Assembly (NCBI GenBank): GCA_046594305.1
Contig: JBKJTB010000368.1
Span: 3,317 to 67,316, forward strand
Direction: 5' to 3'
Length of the DNA stretch: 64,000 nt
DNA from: Devosia sp.
GTDB taxonomy: Bacteria > Pseudomonadota > Alphaproteobacteria > Rhizobiales > Devosiaceae
Part shown: in pieces, positions 1 through 8,411 of the stretch
How the letters are laid out: each line of letters starts with the position of its first letter
Position numbering within the stretch: the first letter of the stretch is position 1
Notes under the pieces: generated by a model
Told to the model about the DNA's origin: nothing
What the model saw: the letters and a program-made list of their open reading frames with translations, nothing else
Database searches by the model: none
Made by a program: the position numbers and the translations under genes

Positions 1-1
1 G

Positions 2-334
2 CCGGGCGGCAAGGGGACCGAAAAGATCGTCTCCCGCGAGGTGCTCGAGGCGCTCGGGCCCAATGGCATGCTGGCCAACGTGGCGCGCGGCTCCCTCATC
101 GACCAGGAGGCGCTGGTGGAGCTGCTGGTGTCAGGCGGGCTGGGCGGGGCGGCGCTCGATGTGTTCGACAAGGAACCCAACGTGCCCGAGGCGCTGCTTG
201 GCCTCGACAACGTCGTCCTCTCGCCCCACCAGGGCGGCCGTTCGGTGGAAAGCCGGGAGGCGGTGGGTGCCGTCGTGGTCAGGAACCTCGTCGCCCATTT
301 CGACGGGAAACCGCTGTTCAGCCCGGTGGCCTGA
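2..334 (+). CDS. D-isomer-specific 2-hydroxyacid dehydrogenase family protein, C-terminal fragment (5' end outside window)
   Basis: The frame is open from the window edge to TGA 332-334. The stretch ...ARGSLIDQEALVELL...LDVFDKEP...LSPHQGG is the NAD-binding/catalytic C-terminus of glyoxylate/hydroxypyruvate-reductase-type enzymes. Confidence 0.8.
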   Translation, partial: PGGKGTEKIVSREVLEALGPNGMLANVARGSLIDQEALVELLVSGGLGGAALDVFDKEPNVPEALLGLDNVVLSPHQGGRSVESREAVGAVVVRNLVAHFDGKPLFSPVA

Positions 335-406
335 GGCCTTTGCGAGCTGCGGGCGCGGTTGATGTGGCCCAGTATTGATGTTTCCGCATGAATAAATCAT
401 CCGGCC

Positions 407-419
407 ATTGATATTGGAC
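407..419. promoter_or_regulatory. AT-rich box ATTGATATTGGAC, candidate LysR-type operator upstream of the PrpD-family operon
   Basis: The exact 13-mer recurs at 3380-3392. A further ATTGAT half-site lies at 374-379. The box sits in the only AT-rich patch upstream of ATG 541. Confidence 0.4.
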
Positions 420-540
420 ACAGGTGTTTGGGTCGGGTTACCCCACAGCCTCAATATGTCGGTGGCGGCTCGGAAGTCCGGGTCGGAGCTGCCTTTAGGC
501 AGCACGCACGCAGCGCGCCCACAGCAAGAGGTTTTATCGG

Positions 541-2019
541 ATGTCGACAGCAAACAACGTCGTTTACCGGGACGAAATCGCGGAACTCCTGGCCGAATTC
601 ACGGTCACTGTTTCCGGTGATTTGAGCGAGACCACCCGCCATGCGGCCAAGCGCGCGCTGAGCGACTCGGTTGCGGTGGCGCTGGGCGCCCTCGACCATC
701 CGGCCTCCCACATCGCCCGCAAGTTCGCGGCGCAGTTCGCGACGCCGACCGGCGACGTGATCTGGGGCACGTCGCTGCGCGCCAATCCCGATCTCGCGGC
801 GCTGGTCAACGGCTCGCTGCTGCGCTGCTTCGACTACAATGATTTCTTCGTGGGCGAGCGCAATTCGGGCCATCCGTCGGACATGACGGCCGGGGTGATT
901 GCGGCGGCCGAATGGGCCGATGTGTCGGGCGAAAAACTGCTGGTGGCGCTGGCCGTCGGCTACGAGGTCACCGGCGCGGTGTTCGACGCGTTCTCGACCG
1001 CCCCCGGTGGCTGGGACTATACCAACCTGACCGCCATCGGCGCCTGCGCCGGCATCGCCCGGGTGCTCGGCCTCGACGTGGCCCAGACCCGCGAAGCGTT
1101 CGGCATGACGGTCACCTCGCACTATGCGAGCGACGAAGTCGAATCGTGCGAACTTAATTCGCGCGGCGACCTGACGCTGTGGAAGCGCTTCAACGGCTCG
1201 GATGCCGTCCGCAATGCGCTGCAGGCGTGCCTCATGGCCAAGGCCGGGATCGAGAGCGTCGTGCGGCCGTTCACCGGCAACAATGGCTTTGTCGCAAAGC
1301 TGCAGAACAAGCATGATCCGCTCCCGACGCTGCAGAAGCGTCTGGGCAAGGGCGTGCAGCTGTCGCGTATCGCCGATACCTACATGAAGCTGTGGCCGGT
1401 GGGCTCGGTCGGCCAGAGCGCCATCCGTGCGGCGCTCGACGCCCGTTCGCAGATCACCGACATCTCCAAGATCAAGCAGGTCCGGGTCTATTCCGAAGAA
1501 GGCGCCTACGACCACATGGTGACCATCCGCCAGGACGCCTATCACCCGATCTCGCGCGAAACCGCCGACCACTCGATGCCCTATATCGTGGGCGCCGCGG
1601 TGCTCGATGGCGAAATCAGCGTCGACAGTTTCGACCTCGAGAAGGTGCTGAACCCGGACCGCGCGCGCTTTATCGCCGAGCAGGTCAAGGTCACTCCAGC
1701 GCCGGAACTCGGCACCATTGCCGGCGGCAAGCTCAAGCGCGCTGCGGCGGGTTATCTGTCGCGCGTCGAGATCGAACTCGAGGACGGCACTGTCGTCCAT
1801 GGCGAGGCGAAGCCCTTCCCGGGCCACCCGCGGACGCCGTTCTCGGATGCCGACATTGCCCAGAAGGTGACCGTCAACGCGCTGCCCTTCGCCGGACAGG
1901 AGGTGACCGATCGCATCATCGCAACGCTCGGGCGCTTCGAGCAGTTGGGCAGCGTGCGCGACTTCACCGAAATCCTGGCCTTCGACTGGGTGGCGAAGAA
2001 GGTCAGCGCTGCGGCGTAA
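541..2019 (+). CDS. MmgE/PrpD family protein (2-methylcitrate dehydratase-like fold)
   Basis: 492-aa ORF from ATG 541. Its length and N-terminal pattern (...TRHAAKRALSDSVAVALGA...GHPSD...) are typical of MmgE/PrpD. The 458-aa antisense ORF is a GC shadow. Confidence 0.8.
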   Translation: MSTANNVVYRDEIAELLAEFTVTVSGDLSETTRHAAKRALSDSVAVALGALDHPASHIARKFAAQFATPTGDVIWGTSLRANPDLAALVNGSLLRCFDYNDFFVGERNSGHPSDMTAGVIAAAEWADVSGEKLLVALAVGYEVTGAVFDAFSTAPGGWDYTNLTAIGACAGIARVLGLDVAQTREAFGMTVTSHYASDEVESCELNSRGDLTLWKRFNGSDAVRNALQACLMAKAGIESVVRPFTGNNGFVAKLQNKHDPLPTLQKRLGKGVQLSRIADTYMKLWPVGSVGQSAIRAALDARSQITDISKIKQVRVYSEEGAYDHMVTIRQDAYHPISRETADHSMPYIVGAAVLDGEISVDSFDLEKVLNPDRARFIAEQVKVTPAPELGTIAGGKLKRAAAGYLSRVEIELEDGTVVHGEAKPFPGHPRTPFSDADIAQKVTVNALPFAGQEVTDRIIATLGRFEQLGSVRDFTEILAFDWVAKKVSAAA

Positions 2020-2032
2020 GGCGGGTTGGACG

Positions 2033-2413
2033 ATGGATGGCGCAGTCTATCTCAAGGAGAGCTCTGAACTGGAGATCGTGACCATACCGACCGACAGCGT
2101 GCTGACGCGCCTCTGCGAAGTGTCCGACGTCAGCGAAGACCTGCCGTTCCGCGCCGAAATCGACGGTGTCGGTTACGCGGTCTTTCAGGTGGGCGAGCTC
2201 TATTTCGTGACGGCGGACATGTGCACGCACGGGCCGGGCTTTCTGTCGGAAGGCTATGCCGAGGGCTGCGAGGTGGAATGCCCTTTCCATCAGGGGCGCT
2301 TCGACCTCAGGACCGGCATGCCGACCTCGCCGCCCTGCGAGATCCCGATTGCGGTGTGGACGCCGGTGCTCCGCGACGGCGGCATTTACGTCGACATCGC
2401 CAACCCCAACTGA
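2033..2413 (+). CDS. Rieske-type [2Fe-2S] ferredoxin component
   Basis: 126 aa. Cluster ligands are CTH-X16-CPFH (MCTHGPG...CPFHQGRF). The gene starts 13 nt after the PrpD-family stop. Confidence 0.85.
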   Translation: MDGAVYLKESSELEIVTIPTDSVLTRLCEVSDVSEDLPFRAEIDGVGYAVFQVGELYFVTADMCTHGPGFLSEGYAEGCEVECPFHQGRFDLRTGMPTSPPCEIPIAVWTPVLRDGGIYVDIANPN

Positions 2414-2441
2414 CGGCGACGACGGGGCCCGGTCGGGCCCT

Positions 2442-3374
2442 CTACTTCTTGCTTACGGTGATAGCGGGGAAGCCGGCGATGAAGTGGTCGCGCAGCGGAT
2501 TGCCCGCGGCCTTCATGTAGACCATGACGATGCGGCTGCGCGCATCGGTCTCGCTCAACTCCCGCCACACCACGTCGTGCACCTTGATGCTCTGCAGCGC
2601 CTCCGGGGCGATGGTGATGCCGACGCCCGCGGCGACGAGACCCAGCGTCGTGGTGGCTTCGCTGGCCTCCTGCGCGATGTGGGGGGTGAACCCGGCCTCG
2701 GCGCACATCGTGAACACCTGCTCGAAGAACCCGGTTCCACTGCCGCGCGGCCTGAGCACGAAGCGGTCGCCGCGCAGCGCCTTGAGCGGGATCGGGCCCT
2801 CGGTCTTGTTGAGCGGATGGTCGATGGGCAGCACCGCCATCAGCTTGTCCTCGTAGACCGGCACGGCGGTGACGGTGCTGGGCATCACGGTCTGGATCGA
2901 GGGGCGGGTGAAGCCGACATCGACGGTGTTGAGCAGCACATCGTCGATGATGTCGACCGACGGCTTGATCTTGAGTTCGAGATGCACGTCGGGCAGCGAC
3001 AGGCGGAAGGCGCGGACGGCGCGGGTGAACACGTCGACCAGCGGCACCGAGGTGATGAAGGAGAGGCGCAGGGTGCCCATCTCGCCACGGGCGGCACGCT
3101 TGGCGGTTTCGACGGCGCGCGACGCCTGCATCAGCGCCATCCGCGCCTCCTGGAGGAACAGTTCGCCGACGGGCGTCAGTTCGACCTTGCGGCGGGTGCG
3201 CTTGAGCAGCATGACGCCCAGTTCACGCTCGATCGCCTGGATCTGGAGGCTGAGCGGCGGCTGCCCGATATGCAGGCGCTCCGCGGCGCGCGTGAAGTGC
3301 AGTTCCTCGGCGACGGCGACAAAATAGCGGAATTGGCGCAGCTCCAACTTATTCCTCCAGCGACATAATAGCAT
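2442..3374 (-). CDS. LysR family transcriptional regulator
   Basis: The N-terminal wHTH is LELRQFRYFVAVAEELHFTRAAERLHIGQPPLSLQIQAIE, followed by a LysR substrate-binding domain. ATG at 3374 (a TTG at 3347 would give the canonical MELRQF start). The 454-aa track ORF is an upstream extension that overlaps the oxygenase gene. Confidence 0.85.
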   Translation of the reverse strand: MLLCRWRNKLELRQFRYFVAVAEELHFTRAAERLHIGQPPLSLQIQAIERELGVMLLKRTRRKVELTPVGELFLQEARMALMQASRAVETAKRAARGEMGTLRLSFITSVPLVDVFTRAVRAFRLSLPDVHLELKIKPSVDIIDDVLLNTVDVGFTRPSIQTVMPSTVTAVPVYEDKLMAVLPIDHPLNKTEGPIPLKALRGDRFVLRPRGSGTGFFEQVFTMCAEAGFTPHIAQEASEATTTLGLVAAGVGITIAPEALQSIKVHDVVWRELSETDARSRIVMVYMKAAGNPLRDHFIAGFPAITVSKK

Positions 3375-3379
3375 CCACA

Positions 3380-3392
3380 ATTGATATTGGAC
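3380..3392. promoter_or_regulatory. AT-rich box ATTGATATTGGAC in the divergent LysR/oxygenase spacer, candidate operator
   Basis: Identical 13-mer to 407-419. It lies in the 101-nt spacer between the LysR start (3374) and the oxygenase start (3476) and contains CAAT-N4-ATTG dyad symmetry. Confidence 0.45.
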
Positions 3393-3475
3393 GCTATATG
3401 AGCGGGGTGTCAACGTGCCGGTCAGCGTGGGAGTGTTCCGCTTCCCGTCCCAATGCTTTCTCAAGGACAGACGCC

Positions 3476-4756
3476 ATGATTTCGGCTGAGCAGAACGAAT
3501 ATCTGGTCCGCACCGGCCCGGGCACGCCCATGGGCAACATGTTCCGGCGCTACTGGATTCCGGCGCTGATGGCGACCGAGCTGCACGGCTCCGATTGCCC
3601 GCCGGTGCGCGTCTCGCTGTTGTCCGAACGGCTGATCGCTTTCCGCGATACGTCGGGCAAAATCGGCCTGATGGACGAGTTCTGCGCGCATCGCGGCGTC
3701 TCGCTGTGGTTCGGCCGGAACGAAGAGGGCGGGCTGCGCTGCCCCTATCATGGCTGGAAGTACGACACGAACGGCCAGTGCGTCGAAGTGCCGTCGGAGC
3801 CCGCATCGTCCGGCTTCTGCCAGAAGATCAAACTCAAATCCTACCCGTGCGTCGAACTGGGCGGCGTCATCTGGACCTATATGGGCCCGGAAGCCGAAAA
3901 GCCGGAACTGCCGGCCTTCGAGTGGACGCAGGTGCCGTCCAACCAGCTTTATCTCTCCAAGCGCGAGCAGCGGAACAATTACCTGCAGGCGATGGAAGGC
4001 GGCATCGATTCGAGCCACGTGTCGTTTCTCCATTCGGGCGACATCAATCGCGACCCGCTGCACAAGGGGACCGACGGCTCCAAATATGCGCGCAACACCT
4101 CGACCACCTTCGACATCCATGAGTCCGAAGCGGGCCTGCTGATCGGCGCCCGCCGCAATGCCGAGCCGGGCTTTTTCTACTGGCGCGTCACGCAGTGGAT
4201 GTTCCCCTGGTACACGCTGATCCCGCCCTACAAGGGCAACGCCCTCAATGGCCACGCCTGGGTGCCGATGGACGACGAGAACTGCATGGCCTGGACCATG
4301 ACGTTCCATCCGACGCGCGCCCTGTCGGAGACGGAACTCGAGCTGATGGAAAGCGGGCACGGCGTGCATACGATCCTCGAGCCGGGGACGTTCAAGCCGG
4401 TCGCCAAATTCGAGAACGACTACCTCATGGACCGCGAGGCGCAGCGCCAGAAGATCTACTATTCGGGCATCAAGGGCATCGCCATCCAGGACGCCTCGCT
4501 GCAGGAATCGATGGGTGTGATCGCCAATCGCAGCAAGGAAAATCTGGTGTCGACCGACAACGCGATCATCATGGCCCGCATGCGGCTGCGCAAGGCAGCC
4601 AAGGGTCTCGAAGCGGGCAAGGCGCCTCCCGGCCTGACGCCCGAGACGCAGCAAGTGCGCTCCGCGTCTTTCATTCTGCCGCAGGACGGCCCGTTCAAGG
4701 AAACGGCCATCGATGCGTCCAAAGTGAAACTCGGCGAACCCTTCGTCGCCGTTTAG
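3476..4756 (+). CDS. Rieske non-heme iron oxygenase, alpha subunit (phthalate/VanA-class, alpha-only)
   Basis: 426 aa from ATG 3476, preceded by AAGGA. Rieske ligands are CAHRG...CPYHGWKY and the N-terminus reads GPGTPMGNMFRRYWIP. There is no beta-subunit gene nearby. The 3398 start in the track adds 26 non-conserved residues. Confidence 0.85.
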   Translation: MISAEQNEYLVRTGPGTPMGNMFRRYWIPALMATELHGSDCPPVRVSLLSERLIAFRDTSGKIGLMDEFCAHRGVSLWFGRNEEGGLRCPYHGWKYDTNGQCVEVPSEPASSGFCQKIKLKSYPCVELGGVIWTYMGPEAEKPELPAFEWTQVPSNQLYLSKREQRNNYLQAMEGGIDSSHVSFLHSGDINRDPLHKGTDGSKYARNTSTTFDIHESEAGLLIGARRNAEPGFFYWRVTQWMFPWYTLIPPYKGNALNGHAWVPMDDENCMAWTMTFHPTRALSETELELMESGHGVHTILEPGTFKPVAKFENDYLMDREAQRQKIYYSGIKGIAIQDASLQESMGVIANRSKENLVSTDNAIIMARMRLRKAAKGLEAGKAPPGLTPETQQVRSASFILPQDGPFKETAIDASKVKLGEPFVAV

Positions 4757-4769
4757 GCCGGGCATTCCG

Positions 4770-5999
4770 ATGGAGCCCGCTCGCAACAGCGTCGTCATCG
4801 TTGGAGCAGGCCAGGCGGGGGCGTGGGTCGCGATCACCTTGCGCGGCCTCGACCCCGACCGGCCGATCGTGCTGATCGGCGACGAATCCCATCCGCCCTA
4901 TGAGCGGCCGCCGCTGTCCAAGGCAGTGCTCGCGGGCAAGGCCGAGATCGAAAGCGCCTACATCAGGCCCGCCGATTTCTACGCGGCCAACGGCATCGAG
5001 CTGAGGCTCGGCCGGACCGTTTATGCGATCGACCGCGCCTCCAAATTCATCATGTTCGCCGATGGCGAAACCCTCGACTACGGCACGCTGGTGCTGGCGA
5101 CCGGGGCGCGGGCGCGACCGCTGCCGGTGCCGGGCGCCGACCTGCCGCAGGTGCACACGCTGCGCACCGTTGCCGACGCGGATCGCATCCGGCCGCTGCT
5201 CGGGCCGGGCAAGCGCGTGGTGGCGATCGGCGCGGGGTTTATCGGCCTCGAATTTGCCGCCGTGGCGATCGAAGTGGGCTGCACGGTGACGGTGCTCGAC
5301 GCCGCGCCGCAGGCGATGGGACGCGTCGTCGATTCCGCCGTGGCCGGCGCCATCACCTCGGGCCACACCGGGCGCGGCGTGGTGTTCCGGCTTTCCGTCG
5401 CGATCGCCGCGATCGAACCGGCGGGCGACGGGGTCGAGATCGTGCTGGCCGATGGCGAGCGCATCGCGGCGGATGTGGTCATTGCCGGCATCGGCTCGCT
5501 GCCCAATACGCAACTGGCGGACCAGGCGGGTCTCGTGGTCGACAACGGCATCATCGTCGACGCGCTCGGCCGCACATCGGATCTCGACATCTTTGCGGTG
5601 GGCGACGTGACGCGGCATTTCAACCCGCTGCTGGCCCGCAGCCTCCGTCTCGAGAGCTGGCAGAACGCGCAGAACCAGGGCATCGCGGTCGCCAAGATCA
5701 TCGCCGGCTCGAGCGAGCCCTATGCCGAACTGCCGTGGTTCTGGAGCGATCAGTACGACAGCAATTTCCAGATCGTTGGCGTGCCCGAAAGCTGGGATCG
5801 CGTCGTCTGGCGCGGCGAGCCGCAGAGCGGCAAGTTTACGGCCTGCTACATGGCGGGCGATCGGCTGGTCTGTGCCAACACCATGAACAATGCGCGCGAG
5901 GTTCGCTTCCTCAAGCAGTTGATCCTCAGCGGCAAATCGCTGAGCGATGCAGCGCTTGCCGATCCGGCTACAAATCTCGCCTCTCTCGTCAAAGGATAA
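4770..5999 (+). CDS. FAD-dependent ferredoxin--NAD(P)+ reductase (pyridine nucleotide-disulfide oxidoreductase family)
   Basis: 409 aa with dinucleotide folds VVIVGAGQAG and VVAIGAGFIGLE, plus PYERPPLSK. This is the typical reductase partner of Rieske/P450 ferredoxins. Confidence 0.85.
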   Translation: MEPARNSVVIVGAGQAGAWVAITLRGLDPDRPIVLIGDESHPPYERPPLSKAVLAGKAEIESAYIRPADFYAANGIELRLGRTVYAIDRASKFIMFADGETLDYGTLVLATGARARPLPVPGADLPQVHTLRTVADADRIRPLLGPGKRVVAIGAGFIGLEFAAVAIEVGCTVTVLDAAPQAMGRVVDSAVAGAITSGHTGRGVVFRLSVAIAAIEPAGDGVEIVLADGERIAADVVIAGIGSLPNTQLADQAGLVVDNGIIVDALGRTSDLDIFAVGDVTRHFNPLLARSLRLESWQNAQNQGIAVAKIIAGSSEPYAELPWFWSDQYDSNFQIVGVPESWDRVVWRGEPQSGKFTACYMAGDRLVCANTMNNAREVRFLKQLILSGKSLSDAALADPATNLASLVKG

Positions 6000-6003
6000 T
6001 GTC

Positions 6004-6726
6004 TTGGAACTGAGCACACTGGCTGCCGGCGGCGTCAACGATCTCGAGGGGGCGCGGGCGGTGGTGGTCGGCGCCGGGCATGGCGTCGGACCGGAAGTCG
6101 TTGCCGCCTTGCTCGCGGCCGGCGCCCGGGTGGTTGCCGATGCGGACGGCCTGCCCGCTACCGCATTCGTTGCGAGCGCGGCCGACCCAATCGCCTATCT
6201 CGACGCGGCAATCAAAGTGCTGGGCGGGCTCGACGTGCTGGTGCTGTCGGCGCCGCCGGTCAAGAACAAGCCGGTGCTCGAGATGACGCCCGACGAGATG
6301 CGCTCGGTTGCCGAAGCCGAAATGATTGTGCCGGCGCTGCTGATGCAGGAGGCGGCGCGGCGCATGGTCGGTGCAGGTTACGGGCGGATCATCGTGTTTG
6401 CGTCGATGTCGGCGAAGACCGGCGTGCACCACAATGTGGCGCCCTATGCGGCGGCGAAAGGTGGGCTGCTGGCGTTCGCGCGCGTCCTCGCGGCGGAGAC
6501 GGCCGAGCATGGGGTCACGGTCAACGCCATTGCCACGGCGCTGTTCGAGCCGCAGACGCGGACCATGAGCGAGGAAAAGCGGTCCGGGTTGCTCAAGGGG
6601 ATTCCCGTAGGCAGGTTCGGGCGCAGCGAGGAGGCCGCACATGCCGTGCTGTTCCTCGCGTCGCGCCAGGCCGGATTTGTGACGGGCGAATGCCTGAATC
6701 TGTCAGGCGGACGGTTTATGGATTGA
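6004..6726 (+). CDS. SDR family oxidoreductase
   Basis: Gly motif VVGAGHGVG and catalytic S...YAAAK. I chose TTG 6004, which follows AAGGA. The in-frame ATG 5947 would overlap the reductase gene by 53 nt. Confidence 0.75.
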   Translation: MELSTLAAGGVNDLEGARAVVVGAGHGVGPEVVAALLAAGARVVADADGLPATAFVASAADPIAYLDAAIKVLGGLDVLVLSAPPVKNKPVLEMTPDEMRSVAEAEMIVPALLMQEAARRMVGAGYGRIIVFASMSAKTGVHHNVAPYAAAKGGLLAFARVLAAETAEHGVTVNAIATALFEPQTRTMSEEKRSGLLKGIPVGRFGRSEEAAHAVLFLASRQAGFVTGECLNLSGGRFMD

Positions 6727-6751
6727 TGCCAACCGCACCGGGAGACTTTCG

Positions 6752-7195
6752 ATGATCACACAGACGTTTCTCGGCAGCCGGCCCGGTCAGCGCATCGACG
6801 ACTATCGCAATTCGACGCCGCGCTTCATCAAGGTGCTCGGCGTGGGCAACAATGCCCGCGCCATCATCGAGCGCTTCAACGAAACGCATCGCGAGAACGT
6901 CATTACGTCAGGCGCGCTCAATCCGCTGCGGCTGGAGCCGATGGACGAGCCGGTCAACGGCATCGCGCCCAATGCGGTGATCGTGGTCTACCAGAAGGGC
7001 GAGAACGCGGCGTTCCCGTTTCTCACCGATCGCACGGCGTCGATGCTGTCACTGATCGTGCTCGAGGTCCCCGACGGGGAGGTGAACTCGGAGGCCGACA
7101 AGAAGGTCCGCCAGATCCAGCAGGTGGCCGACCTCTACGTCACCACCTCCGATACCGATTTCGTCAGCGAACTGGTCGACAATCTCGCGAGCTAG
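6752..7195 (+). CDS. hypothetical protein (alpha/beta fold; by-eye resemblance to a degenerate FtsZ/tubulin GTPase core)
   Basis: 147-aa ORF with ATG 25 nt after the SDR stop and GGAGA upstream. Codon bias looks coding. It shows the beta-strand pattern FIKVLGVG / AVIVVYQ / SLIVLEV / LYVTTS. Confidence 0.6.
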   Translation: MITQTFLGSRPGQRIDDYRNSTPRFIKVLGVGNNARAIIERFNETHRENVITSGALNPLRLEPMDEPVNGIAPNAVIVVYQKGENAAFPFLTDRTASMLSLIVLEVPDGEVNSEADKKVRQIQQVADLYVTTSDTDFVSELVDNLAS

Positions 7196-7246
7196 GCTTG
7201 GCGTCGTTGGGTGGGGCTGTCTGACTCCCTTTCCTGACCCCACCAG

Positions 7247-7388
7247 GTCATTCCCGCGCACGCGGGAATCTCCGTCTGCGGAGCATGCGTCTCATTCGCT
7301 GCGGGGAAGAGCCGGGCGACGCCCGGCCCGACGATCGAGCGCCATCTCAGCATCGGCCAACAGAGATTCCCGCTTGCGCGGGAATGAC
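7247..7388. repeat. Inverted pair of palindromic REP-like units (GTCATTCCCGCGCA[C/A]GCGGGAATCTC) flanking about 90 bp
   Basis: Unit 1 is 7247-7272 and unit 2 (reverse orientation) is 7363-7388, matching at 25 of 26 nt. Each unit is itself a hairpin (ATTCCCGCG..CGCGGGAAT). The pair lies in the 234-nt gap between convergent genes. Confidence 0.65.
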
Positions 7389-7429
7389 TCCGTGGGTGGG
7401 ATACTCTTGGAGGGCTGATCGGGAACGAC

Positions 7430-8302
7430 TCAGCGCGTGTCTGTAACAACGTTCTGTCGTGAACTCCGCAACAGCATCTGCGCTGCAAAGCGGCGCGCGG
7501 CGGTATCGGTCATGTCCGGCGAATAGAGCACGAGTTTCAGCCCGCGCGATCCCTCAACCGCGAGGACAGTGTAGTGGAAGCGGGTCGGCCCGGTGCCGCG
7601 CACATTGATATTGCGAATACCGCTGTCGCGGTCGAACACTGCGTACTCGCCCCAGACGCGGCGAAACTCGGGCGAGTCACGCTCCAGTTCGGCGACGAGT
7701 TCGGCGAGGCGCACGTCCTTTGCCGCTTTCGCGTAATCGGCCCGGAAACGGCCAACGACACGGCGCGCGTCGCTTTCCCAATCGACCATGCTGCGGCGAA
7801 AGCTGGTGTTGCCGAAGGTCAGCGCCAGCGAATTGCGCTGGGCTGCAGGCAGTTGGTCGAAGTCACCGAAGATCTGGGTGCATGCGGCGTTCCAGGCCAG
7901 AATGTCCCAGCGCGCGTCTTTGACGAAGGCGGGGCGGTCGGCCAGTTCGGCCATGAGCTGGACGATGGCCGGCGGCACGCTGGCGAGACCGCTTTCGCGC
8001 GGGGGCACGCCATGTCCGGCGAGCGAGAACAGATGGGCGTGCTCGGCGGCGTCGAGGCGAAGGGCGCGCGCCACGTTCGAGAGGAACGCGGTGGAGACCG
8101 TCACGCTGCGGCCCTGTTCGAACCAGGTGTACCAGGTGAGCCCGACGCCCGCGAGCGAGGCGACTTCCTCGCGCCGCAGCCCTGGCGTGCGGCGGCGGCT
8201 CGAGGTGGGCAGGCCGACATCGAGGGGCGTCAGCGCCTCGCGCCGATCGCGCAGAAAGGTAGCGAGTTCGCCCCTGTCGCGGGCCATCGAGCGCTGCGGC
8301 AT
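7430..8302 (-). CDS. MmyB-like helix-turn-helix (XRE family) transcriptional regulator
   Basis: 290 aa. The N-terminal LATFLRDRREALTP..GLPTSSRRRTPGLRREEVASLAGVGLTWYTWFEQGR motif is the hallmark of MmyB-type regulators, and a C-terminal ligand-binding domain follows. Confidence 0.8.
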   Translation of the reverse strand: MPQRSMARDRGELATFLRDRREALTPLDVGLPTSSRRRTPGLRREEVASLAGVGLTWYTWFEQGRSVTVSTAFLSNVARALRLDAAEHAHLFSLAGHGVPPRESGLASVPPAIVQLMAELADRPAFVKDARWDILAWNAACTQIFGDFDQLPAAQRNSLALTFGNTSFRRSMVDWESDARRVVGRFRADYAKAAKDVRLAELVAELERDSPEFRRVWGEYAVFDRDSGIRNINVRGTGPTRFHYTVLAVEGSRGLKLVLYSPDMTDTAARRFAAQMLLRSSRQNVVTDTR

Positions 8303-8354
8303 CGTATTGCTCCTTCGCCGTTACTAATAGGATAAAAACTAACATAGCAATACG
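8303..8354. promoter_or_regulatory. Inverted repeat CGTATTGCT-N34-AGCAATACG in divergent promoter region (candidate operator)
   Basis: 9-bp perfect arms at 8303-8311 and 8346-8354 enclose an AT-rich stretch between the regulator start (8302) and the Rieske-protein gene. Confidence 0.25.
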
Positions 8355-8411
8355 CTGTGAACCTGCGCAACATCTCTTCATCGCATGGGGATTCCAACGG
8401 GAGCGGAAGAG

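Noticed and set aside
5947-6003. ATG 5947 as the start of the SDR gene.
   Set aside because: It would overlap the reductase gene by 53 nt and add a non-SDR leader. TTG 6004 after AAGGA gives the canonical distance to the GAGHGVG nucleotide-binding motif.
7192-7488. 98-aa ORF on the minus strand crossing the 7.2-7.4 kb gap.
   Set aside because: It is built from the two REP-like palindromes, and ...IPACAGMT... is the usual mistranslation of this repeat. It has no RBS and overlaps both neighbouring gene ends.
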